Assembly (NCBI RefSeq): GCF_000143415.4
Contig: NW_003314358.1
Coordinates: 382,731 to 446,730 of the forward strand
Reading direction: 5' to 3'
Length of the DNA: 64,000 nt
From: Selaginella moellendorffii
Taxonomy: Eukaryota > Plantae > Lycopodiophyta
The position numbers and the translations under genes were made by a program. Below the pieces are notes generated by a model. The model ran no database searches and was not told where the DNA came from. It saw only the letters and a program-made list of their open reading frames with translations. This document shows, in pieces, positions 22,614 through 33,564 of this stretch; position 1 is the first letter of the stretch; every line of letters starts with the position of its first letter.

Positions 22614-25600
22614 TCAGGGTTCTCTTGTAGATGGGCCAGGATCTGGAGGAAAGTCAGGAGGAGGCATCGGCGGATCTATAGACGGTATTAATTGCTCCTG
22701 ATCCCTTTGTATGAAGCGTTTTAACCGCTGCACATGCACAATCTCCGGAGGATCGGCCTGCTGAACGTCATGCCAAACCTCATAAACTTGTGGTCCAACT
22801 TGCCACAACATCCGATACGGTCCTTTCTACTGCACAAGGAGCCCCTTAGATAAACCACGTACCATAAGATGGGGAAAACGGACTAACACCAAATCATCCA
22901 CTTTGTACTCCGCAAGTGGACTATGATGGGAATTGTAGCGCCGTTGTTACGCGGCCTAAGTGTTCAGCAGACTCTGCTCGAACAAGTGGAAGAATGCTTG
23001 TCAAATATTGATCCCATGACCTAGCATCAGGAGCTCATGGCAATCGCGAAGGTAAACCCAGCTCTGTTGGTAATATTGGATCATGACCATATAGAAGTTT
23101 ATATGGTGAAGCACCAACAGAACTCTGCACCCCTGTGACATAGGCATACCGAAGAGACGGCAAATAACCATCCTAATTCGAATGCTGAAAGTTCACATAC
23201 TTCGCAATCATCCCTTTGAATGTCCGAACAAGCCGTTCCACCAGACCGTATGATTGTGGATGATAAGCACTCGTAAAAGTGTGGCATATCCCCAACCGAG
23301 ATGTCAAAACATGAAATACCTCAGCCATAAATGCAGGACCATTATCCGAAAGAATCCGCTCTAGACAAGAATGCTGGAACACCACTCGATTGAGGAGGAA
23401 GTATCCAACAACAGTTGCAGAGGGACTAGCAAGAGCACCAACTTCCACCCAACGAGTCAAGTAGTCAGAAACAATAATAACATACTCATTGCCAGCAGTC
23501 GATCGTGGAAAAGGTCCCATAAGATCAAACGCCACCAACTCAAATGGATGGGAAACTGCAATTGACTCCAACCATCCTTCTGTAGCACAAGGGGGAATAT
23601 TACGAGCTTGGCACCAAATGCAGCTACGCACGTACCGGATAATATCACGTCGCATCTCTGGCCAATAGAAAGACCTGCACAGCTTCTCGATGACACGACG
23701 GTGTCCCATATGCCCACCTAGAACAGAAGAATCATGGTAGGCATGGAGAAACCGCGGAATAAACACCGAAGGCACTACCAGCCGTAAATGATCATCAGGA
23801 ACCGTCCCCACAAAATAAAGAAGGCCATCTTCAAGGCGATATTGAAAATGTAAATGTCGGAAAGGCAAGTCATCAGCAAGTGATGCAGGATCCTCAAACG
23901 CATCTCGAAGCCTTTGAATCCACGGCTCAATTTTTTGAGCCTCGCGAACCTCATCAAGAGAAGGTAGATCTTGCTCTGCGCCCTGTGGACACTGAACGTC
24001 AAGGACAGCAACTGCCGACGGCACAGAATCGTCATCTAGAAAATCCACAGATGCTGGAACAATAGGTTCGTCAGAAACATGAGAAGTGAATGGAGAAGGA
24101 AGAGGAGCTCGAGAAAGGGCATCAGCATCAGCCATAGAACTCCCTGGGCGATGAACAACATCAAAATCATATATCTGAAGCTTCAAAGCCCATCGAGCCG
24201 TACGACCAACCAGGTTCTTCCGCTTCAATAATGAAGTAACAGCAGCATGGTCACCTTCAAGTAACGTCCGAGAACCATGTAGATATGCATGAAGTTTCTC
24301 GAAACCCCAGACTGCTGCTAAACACTCCTTCTCCGTCATAGAGTAGTTCATTTCCCTTGGTTGTAATATACGGCTTATGTATGTAATGGGATGGCATTGA
24401 CCAGGCACACTCGAGCTTTCTTGCATCAACACACCTCCAAGACCAATGTTAGAAGCATCCACGCGCAAAATAAAAGGTCGAGTGTAGTCAGGATATGCCA
24501 AAACCAGAGGAGTCGTCAATAGCTTTTTGAGATTCACGAACGCCCGCTCACAATCCGGAGACCAGATGAAAGATGACGTTGATGACTTCAGCAACGCTCG
24601 CAATTGTGTAGTGCGATCGGAAAGATGATCCACAAAACGACTGAGATACTGCACCTTACCCAAAAAACGCTGCACATCATTCACACACTTCGGAGTAGGG
24701 AACTTGAGAACAGCCACAAGTTTGTCAGGATCAACTTGCAAACCCTCACGAGAAATACGGTACCCAAGATAAGTTGTGTCCTTGGACCCAAACACGCACT
24801 TTGACCGCTTCAGCTTTAAACCAATGTCGCGTAGCCGATCCAACACTTTACAAACATCACGAACGTTCTCCTCCCACGTCCCCTCCGAGTGGATCAAGAC
24901 ATCATCAATGAAGTCAGCCGTCACCTCCGGCATATCGCAAAGAACCTCGTCCATCATCCGCTGAAAAGTTGCTGGAGCATTGTTCAAACCAAACAGCATC
25001 ACCAAGAACTCATACAAACCAAATGGTGTATGAAAAGCAGTCTTAGGAATATCTTCTTTGGCCATCAGTACTTGCTAATACCCAGAAGCAAGATCTAGCT
25101 TGGTGAACCAACGACTTCGCGCCAGACGATCCAAGAGATCAGCAGTGTGAGGAAGAGGGTACACGTCCGGGATCGTCACTTCATTTAACGGAAGATAGTC
25201 GATGCAGAAACGAATACTCCCATCAGGCTTCGTCACAAGATGAGGTTCACATGCCCAAGGACTCCGCGACTTCCGAATAACACCCTTCTCCAACATCTCC
25301 TTGACGTTTGCACGTAAAATCTTGATCTCCTTGGGTGACCGACGACGAACAGGAACCTTGATTGGACGAGCATCCCCGGTTGGAAAGGGATGACGTGTGG
25401 CAATCTTGGCCCCAGATGATAGGTCAAATTCAAAGAGATCAGAATACTCCTTCATGAGCTGGTCAACAGCTGCAACACAAAGATCATCAGAGGGATTGGA
25501 AAAGGGAAGAGCAGAACAAGATGGAAACACAAGAGGAAATAGTGGGGGAACAAAAGTAATGGAAGCAGAGGTAAAAGTAAAGGGACGAAGAGGTACGGAA

Positions 25601-26090
25601 GTGAAAGGAATGGATGAAACATAAGGAAGTATGAGACAAGGGGGAGAAGCCTCAAAGTCACACTTGGCATGATTGCACTGCAACCCAACCATACCAAGAA
25701 TGAGGTCAAAAGCTTGATTCGGCACCACCCGCAATGATTGCAACTCAAGCTCGAGATCGCCCACACGCACAACCAGGTCTGCCTCATCTCGTGCACATGC
25801 ATGTGTACGGCCGTTGCCATAAAGAATGAAAACTGGATCCACTGCACAACGCAAGTGTAGACGACAACGTGTGGCAACAGGTCAAGCAATATAAGATAAA
25901 CTCGAACCTGTATCAACCAACACGGAGAGAAGAATAGGAGACCTCTTGTTATAAAAACGAGCTTGGAAAGTAAACACTGGATGAACCGGTGCCGAGTGAA
26001 CCCCTTGATGATACTCCCGAAAGAAAAATGAAGGGGTCACTAACTTATTCGCGCAAGGTCCCTCCATTACTTGCGCAACTCCTCGTTTCC
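22614..26090 (-). pseudogene. Family A pol (PR-RT-RH-INT) with nonsense codons
   Basis: ORF pieces 25882-26202, 25075-25854, 23173-25065 and 22614-22811 carry VDTGSS, LDLASGY, KTAFHTPFGLYEF, FIDD, VDASN, GGHMGH..CIWCQ and SDNG. Confidence 0.9.
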
Positions 26091-27341
26091 CGAATGCACC
26101 TCGGTATCCAAACCTTCCCCCACAGCAGCACCAACGGGATGTTGCTGACGCCAAGGTCTCCACCCAGAAAATGGAGGTCGCCAATCCGGAAAGCGCCGAC
26201 AACGCCGATAAGTATGACCAACTTCATCACACACCCAGCAACGAACATCATGGCCACGACCACGTCCTCGCCCTTGTCCTTGGACTCGAGTAGTAGCAGC
26301 ATCAACCTCCATGGGAACAGGACCATCACTCATAGGAAGTGGAGCTGAAGGACGTGTAGCGAGAAGTGGAAGAGGCGACGTCTCATAACGTTGTGCCAAG
26401 CGAAGAGCATCGTCAAGAGTGGCAGGAGCAAGTGCATGCACAAGTCCGACAAGATCTTGACGAAGTGCTGGCCACAACATTCCTAGCTTGATCCGCTTTG
26501 ACATATTTGGCTCCGCACAAAGCAAAAGACTTCGGAAACGAACACCAAATTGCATCACCGACTCAGATGGCCCTTGGCGAAGACGATGCAATTGTTGGAA
26601 GGCATCATCACAATCGTCGGCGTGTCCGAAGGCGCGTTTGAAGACGTCCGGAAGAACACTCCAATCGCCACGAGTGACTGCGCTCAATCCATTGTACCAC
26701 TGCAGTGCCGTCCCTTGGAGACATGTGGGGAACTCATGCAAACGTTGAGCATCATCCCAAGAATGATATGTGGCAATCACCGTGAAGTGATCAAACCAAT
26801 GGTACACATCATCCCCAGGATTCCCACGAAAGAACTCCGGCCGAACGCGAGGATTGATGTCAGGAATCCCCCAATTCTTGCCACATTCCTGACTCTCGCC
26901 GGATTCCTGACCTGCAAACCACATTCCTGACTCTCGAGACACTTCCCTATTCCTGACTCTCGAGACACTTCCCGATTCCTGAGTCTCGAGACACTTCCCG
27001 ATTCCTGAGTCTCGAGCCACATTCCTGATGATGATGTGGCGCCTCCTCGACCTCAGCTGTATTTAGGCCGTCCTCGATCCAAGAGTGGTGGAGCTTCATC
27101 AACCTATAGTATATATAGGTTAGCCTTGTTCCATTTCTCCACAATCTGAATCAACACCAGTCTAAGGCCTCTTCTTTGTTTTCACTAGCTTTTTCTCTTT
27201 GTCTTTAGCATTTTCCAGTCTTGATCTTGTTGGGGGTCTTGACAGTTTGATTCAGATTGTGTTTTTTGCTTTTCTTTTAGCTCGTTTTGATTATTTGATT
27301 GCCTTTGTCTTTTTCCCCCTTTCTTTTCTTTCTTCTTGCCA

Positions 27342-28313
27342 ATGGAGTCTCCAAGCCATCCTGATTTCTTTGCCGAAGTCCTTGCAAAAATCCAGTCTGA
27401 GAATACCGAGCTGAAGGCGACCCTTCTTCGCATGCAGCAGGAGCTTGCTTCACTTTCGGCTCAAGGATCCAGCAAAGTTCCTGAACCGAAGGTGAGTTTC
27501 CCGGCGAAATTTTCAGGCAAGCGTTCGGAGCTTCGTGGATTTTTGAACCAAATGGAGCTGATCTTTGCACTTCAACATCGGCGGTACCCCACTCCCGAGT
27601 CTCAAATCGGCGCGATTGGGATGTTGCTCGAGGGTGCAGCTTTGTCATGGTTTTCTCCTCTTCTGGAGAAGAGCATGAAAGGGGTCGTGGTTCCGGAGCT
27701 GATGGATCTTCAATTGTTCAAAGAGAAGCTCGAAGCATGTTTTGGCGAGACGGATCAGGTTCGGGCTGCTACCACAAAGATGAGACGTCTCTCTCAGGGG
27801 TCTCGTCCTGCCTCGATCTACGCTGCAGAGTTCCAACTCCTTGCCTTGGACACTCAGTGGGATGAGCAGGCCCTAATTGACCAATTTCGTTTCGGCCTCA
27901 ACAACGGTGTCAAGGATTTGTTGCTCACCATGGAGGATCCCAAGGACCTGTCGGACGCCATCAACAAAGCTGTTCGATGTGACAATCGTCTCTTTGAACG
28001 TCGTCAGGAAAGTCGCCGCACCGCTGTTTTTCCGTCTCAGACTCAGGAATCCCAGCTTGAGTCTTCGGGGCATAGTCCTGAACCTACTACTCCGGTCCCG
28101 ATGGATATTTCTGGTACTCCCCGACTCATTAGAGGGAAATTGAGTCCTGCTGAGAGGCAACGTCGAATATCTCATAATCTTTGCCTCTACTGTGCTGATC
28201 CTAATCACAAAGCAGCTGTGTGTCCCAGGAAGCCTCCCCGATTGCTTGAGTTCACTCTGCCTCAAAGTCCACCTCTGTTGCAGTCGGGAAACGACCCTGT
28301 CCAAACAGAGTAG
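27342..28313 (+). CDS. gag: Family B Gag (retrotransposon capsid plus CCHC knuckle)
   Basis: PAKFSGKRSELRGFLNQ, LEGAALSWF, LSQGSRPASIYAAEF, PVPMDI and LCLYCADPNHKAAVC. Confidence 0.92.
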   Translation: MESPSHPDFFAEVLAKIQSENTELKATLLRMQQELASLSAQGSSKVPEPKVSFPAKFSGKRSELRGFLNQMELIFALQHRRYPTPESQIGAIGMLLEGAALSWFSPLLEKSMKGVVVPELMDLQLFKEKLEACFGETDQVRAATTKMRRLSQGSRPASIYAAEFQLLALDTQWDEQALIDQFRFGLNNGVKDLLLTMEDPKDLSDAINKAVRCDNRLFERRQESRRTAVFPSQTQESQLESSGHSPEPTTPVPMDISGTPRLIRGKLSPAERQRRISHNLCLYCADPNHKAAVCPRKPPRLLEFTLPQSPPLLQSGNDPVQTE

Positions 28314-31300
28314 GAGCTGTCTGTTTGGACTCCCCAAATAAAAATCACTTTTCTTCCTTATCAAGCTCCTCACCACCTTTCATCAAAGCCACCACCAATT
28401 CCCACAATTTCCGCGTCCCATGTCTCCTTTCTTTCACCGGACAATCAGGACTCAAGGCTTTGGCGCTACTGGACTCGGGTGCAACTTCTTGCTTCATGGA
28501 CACGGACTTTGTTGCCCGACATCACGTTCCTCTTTCTCCTACCATACGGGATCTGAGGGTTGAAGGCATCGGCGGGCATTTTGTGTCTCCATCTTCTGGA
28601 CTTAGGGAAACGTTGCCCGTTCGAGTACACATTGGGTCCACCATCACTGATATCGCCTTCAACATCATCAACAGCAAGTCCTCCTCTGTGGTGCTCGGTC
28701 TTCCTTGGTTCCAACTACATCAGCCTCAGATTTGTTGGAAGGACTTACAGCTCATCTCTCCCACATCACCATCTCCCACGGCTTCCCCTGGTGTTCATCG
28801 AGTCCGAATCAGAAAAAGTTCCCTAAACTCAAGTCGGGGTTCTATTCCTGACTCTACAAAGTTTTCATCCTCTTCTTTTTCCTCTCTTCCATCTTACACT
28901 GGACAGTATCCTCGTCTCATCATTCCATTTAGTCATATGCCTCCTCCTATCTCCACAATCACTATGAAAGAACTCCTTTATGAAGAACCTCTTTTTCTTT
29001 TTGCTTTGCATGTTTCTCCTGTCAGTCTTCCTGAGAAGTATCATGATTTTGGGGATGTGTTTGACAAGAAAAAAGCTAGTGTACTGCCTGTTCATCGGCC
29101 TTATGATTGTCCTATTGATTTACAGGAAGGAGCGTCACCTCCGTGGGGGCCTATCTACGGGTTATCCCCGTCTGAGCTTAAGGCCCTCAAAAAGTACGTG
29201 GATGAGAACCTTGCCTCGGGCTACATTCAGCATTCGCAGTCCCCGGCTGGAGTGCCTGTCTTCTTTGTCAAGAAGAAGGATGGGAGCTTGCGGCTAGTCA
29301 TCGACTACCGAGGTTTGAACAAGGTGACTGTTCGGAACCGTTATCCGCTGCCCCTGATCTCGGACCTGTTGGAACGCCTCGGCGGTGCCCGCTTCTTCAC
29401 CAAGATCGACCTCCGTGGAGCATACAACCTGATCCGGATCCGGCCTGGTGATGAATGGAAGACTGCGTTCCGAACCCGCTATGGCCACTTCGAGTACACT
29501 GTCATGCCATTTGGCTTGACAAATGCTCCAGCGGTTTTCCAACACATGGCAAACGATGTTTTTTGGGAGTTTCTTGATCAGATGGTGATCATCTACCTCG
29601 ATGACATCCTCATCTACTCAAAAACTCAGGAGGAGCATGACGAACATGTTCGCAAGGTGCTAGCAAAGCTGCGAGAACACGGCCTATACGCGAAGTTTGA
29701 GAAATGTTCCTTTGATCAGCAGTCTGTGGAGTTCCTTGGGTACATTGTCACTCCTGAGGGTATCACGATGGATCCTGCTAAAGTCAAGACTATTCTCGAA
29801 TGGGAGCCTCCACAATCAATGTCGGACGTTCAGGTTTTCCTTGGCTTCGCCAACTTCTACCGCAAATTCATTGATCACTACTCTGACATTGTCCTTCCTC
29901 TCACACATCTCACTCGCAAGGATGTTCCCTTCTCTTGGTCTGCTGCTGCCCAACAGGCCTTCGACACACTCAAGGCGGCCTTCAGTTCTGCTCCTGTCTT
30001 GATCCATGCTGATTCCTCACAACCTTTCTTCATCGAGGCTGACGCCTCCGACTTTGCCATTGGTGCTGTGCTGTCTCAACTCGGAGCGGATCACGAACTT
30101 CATCCGGTCGCTTTCCATTCTCGGAAATTCCAGCCTGCGGAGATCAATTACGAAATCCACGACAAGGAGCTCCTTGCCATCGTGGATTCCTTTGGAGAGT
30201 GGCGCCGTTTCTTGGAGGGGGCGAGCCATCAAACAACAGTCTGGACGGATCACAAAAATCTCGAGTACTTTGCCACTTCCCGAGTTTTAAGCTGTCGTCA
30301 AACAAGGTGGGCACAATTCCTGAGTCAGTTTGACTTTGTTATCAAGTACAGACCTGGAAAGTTTCAAGGCCTTCCTGATGCTCTTTCAAGGCGCTCCTAT
30401 CTCAGTCTCAGGCCTGGTAATCCTGCCTTCGATCAACAGGATCAAGTTATCCTCGGTCCTGATCGGCTTCAAGTTATGGCAATTTCCCTAGCCCCTCAGG
30501 ACTCCTCCTTGATGGATGCAATCAGAAACGATCTTCAATCCGATGATCTCGCTAGCGACATTTTCCCCCATCTTCAGGCTGGACACCCAGTGACTCCCGA
30601 CTGCCGGCGATTTGACGAGTTCGAGTTCTTAGATGGCTTATTGTACCGTGGGGAGCAGCTTTATGTTTCTGAAGGTGATGCTCGAAGGTTGGTCCTGATG
30701 GCGTGCCACGATAACCCGACTGCTGGTCACTTCGGCATTGCGAAAACCTATGAGCTAGTTGCACGGGACTTTTGGTGGCCTCACATGGACGACTACATCA
30801 AAGCTTTTGTTACCTCCTGTGACACTTGTGCCCGGAATAAAGTACCTCGCCACCTTCCTTCAGGTTTGCTTCGTTCCCATCCGGTCCCTTCAGATCCTTG
30901 GGAATCCATCTCCATGGATTTCTTGAGTGATCTTCCGAGTTCTTGAGGCTTCAACAGCATTTTAGTCATGGTGGATCGCTTCACAAAGATGGCGCACTTC
31001 TTGCCATGTACCAAGGAGTTTTCGGGCAAGGACATGGCAAAACTGGTATTCAAGGAAATTTTCCGACTTCATGGGATTCCTACAGATGTGGTTTCGGATC
31101 GAGGGCCTCAGTTCATCTCTCATTTCTGGCAACGGTTTTTGCAGCTGCTTGGAGTGAAGGCCAACCTCTCTTCGGCATATCATCCTCAAACTGATGGGCA
31201 GTCTGAGCGAACGATTCAGACGTTGGAATAATTCTTGAGGTGCTTCATCAACTATCATCAGGATAACTGGTTCGATATCCTTCCCCTTGTTGAGTTCTCC

Positions 31301-32059
31301 TATAACAACTCTATTCACTCCTCTCTTCGAGTTTCCCCCTTCTTTGCAAACTCTGGCCGAAATCCCCGATTCAATCTCTCACTTCCTTCTCCATCTGAAT
31401 CCTCTCGTTCAAATCCCCGCTCTGAGGCATTTATCTCCAACCTCCAAGAAATCCACAACTCCATCTCCTTCCACCTCCATCGTGCTCAAGAATCTCATAA
31501 AACATTTGCCAATGTCCATCGTCAGGATTGTCCCCCTTACAATATCGGGGATAAAGTCTGACTCCTCAGGCGACATATCTCCACCACCAGGCCCTGTCCA
31601 AAACTCGATTTCAAACGCCTTGGTCCTTTCCCTATCACTGCCATCATTAATCCTGTCACTTATCGCCTTGCACTTCCCTCCTCATATCAAATTCACCCCG
31701 TTTTTCACTCCTCTCTCCTTGAGCCTTATATTCCCAGTCCTATTCCAAATCGGGTCATTCCTCTGCCTCCACCAGTGCAGCTCGAGGATGGGTCTGAGTA
31801 CGAGGTTCAGGACATCCTTGATTCCAAGATTTCACGGTCTAAACTCTACTATCTGGTGGACTGGAAGGGTTATGGACCGGAGGAACGCACTTGGGAACCT
31901 GCGGACAACCTGATTCATTCTCCTGACCTTGTTCAGGACTTCCACCGCTGCTATCCTTCTCGTCCCAGTCCTCATTTTTTTTCTCCATCTCCCATCCCTC
32001 GCCGCTCATCTCATCCTCCTCTTCGTTCTCGTTCACATCCTCGTTCCACTCGTTCTTGA
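28289..32059 (+). pseudogene. pol: Family B Pol in the -1 frame (PR-RT-RH-INT-chromodomain), three nonsense codons in INT
   Basis: LLDSGAT, YLDD, DASDF, CHD..GHFG..CDTC, SDRG, GPF and EYEVQDILDS..YYLVDWKGYGPEERTWEP. Stops at 30944, 31229 and 31559. Confidence 0.92.
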
Positions 32060-32837
32060 GGAGGGGGTGCTGTCAGGAATCCCCCAATTCTTGCCACATT
32101 CCTGACTCTCGCCGGATTCCTGACCTGCAGACCACATTCCTGACTCTCGAGACACTTCCCTATTCCTGACTCTCGAGACACTTCCCGATTCCTGAGTCTC
32201 GAGACACTTCCCGATTCCTGAGTCTCGAGCCACATTCCTGATGATGATGTGGCGCCTCCTCGACCTCAGCTGTATTTAAGCCGTCCTCGATCCAAGAGTG
32301 GTGGAGCTTCATCAACCTATAGTATATATAGGTTAGCCTTGTTCCATTTCTCCACAATCTGAATCAACACCAGTCTAAGGCCTCTTCTTTGTTTTCACTA
32401 GCTTTTTCTCTTTGTCTTTAGCATTTTCCAGTCTTGATCTTGTTGGGGGTCTTGACAATTGGCACCAAGAGCAGGAGGAGTTATACCATGTGCCGTGAAC
32501 GCCGCCATCAACTGAGTTTGGTTGTTCAATTGCAAGCGTATAGCATTAAGCAATTGAACCAACTAATGCTCTAGAGTCAAAGGAGGAGATTGCGGATCAG
32601 CCATGAAGATGAATGAAAAAGAAAGAGCAAAAGAAGAGAAATGACAAAAAGCTGGAAAAAAATGGTAGATCTAGACAATGCAAAAAGCTAGATCTAAACC
32701 AAAATCCTGAAAGGAAAGAACAAAAGAAAGGAAATGGAAAAAGCTAAATCTAGACAATGCAAAAGCTAGATCTAAACCGAAATCCCAAATCCAAGCACTC
32801 CCTAGGGACAATCAAAGGTGCCCTTTAACTCCACCAA

Positions 32838-33012
32838 TGTGAGTGCATGGAATATGAAAAGGGAATACAGAAATATGCATATCAATTAGCCCAAAAACCC
32901 TAATTTATATACAGGAGCGAGTGGTCCGGATTGAAACCAATCCAACGACTACCAAAATCCCACTACGCTAATATTAGTATATGGCATTGTAGCCGTACAC
33001 TTGGCCCTCACA
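32838..33012 (-). repeat. 5' LTR, family A copy 1
   Basis: Followed on the minus strand by the PBS TGGTGGAG. Confidence 0.95.
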
Positions 33013-33190
33013 GAGATATAAATGTATCAGAACCCTAATGAATTTTCAGTTTTTTCTAATTTAGCATTTATATCCACCCATCAAAATTATTCTTTACATA
33101 TGCAATTAAATTGTAATCTTGTATTTTATAAAAGAAATACCATGATTTAGGATTGAAAAAATTTCTAAAGGAATAAATTATTTTTTAAGA

Positions 33191-33320
33191 ATGCAAGTGG
33201 ATGGCAATCTAGTGGTTTATGACATTGTATGGTCATACAATATTTACAATAAAGGCATTTAGAATCCAACCTCATTATGTGTGGAAGATACTGGGCAACT
33301 TAAAGAGTATTTGGAGCGTT
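33191..33320 (+). pseudogene. Bulb-type (GNA) mannose-binding lectin fragment
   Basis: Reads MQVDGNLVVYDIVWSYNIYNKG, matching the QxDxNxVxY motif; surrounding sequence is decayed. Confidence 0.45.
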
Positions 33321-33564
33321 CCATAAATTCTATTAAAAAAGAGGAAAAGCATTACCAAATACTTTGTTATTTACAATATAAAAAGTGTATTTGGAGCGTT
33401 GGAAGATACAAATAATTTCTAAATATATCTAGGAATATACCTGGAAGCAGATCCATCCTAGCATTTTATAGATAGTGTGATAAATAAAACGTATATATCC
33501 GCTTTTTCTTGGAGAAATACATACAATACTTACACTACCAAAATTTTGGCAATAAAAACACCAG

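Larger units (their letters stand above)
26858..32457 (+). mobile_element. Tcn1/Tf1-sushi-like chromovirus (family B, copy 1) nested in family A gag
   Basis: 387-bp LTRs TGTCAG..TTGACA at 26858-27244 and 32071-32457; TSD ATTGA/ATTGG; PPT GAGGAGGGGG at 32058; gag plus pol with a C-terminal chromodomain. Confidence 0.96.
22407..33012 (-). mobile_element. Full-length non-chromovirus Ty3/gypsy LTR retrotransposon (family A, copy 1), interrupted by a nested element
   Basis: 175-bp LTRs TGTGAG..CTCACA at 22407-22581 and 32838-33012; GAGA TSD; PPT beside 22582; PBS TGGTGGAG. Gag with CWVCDEVGHTYRRC, PR DTGS, RT FIDD, RNase H DAS, INT HHCC/DDE and GPY; no chromodomain. Confidence 0.95.

Noticed and set aside
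26883-27030. CRISPR-like appearance of short repeats
   Set aside because: No unique spacers, no cas genes, eukaryotic context; the repeats lie inside LTRs.
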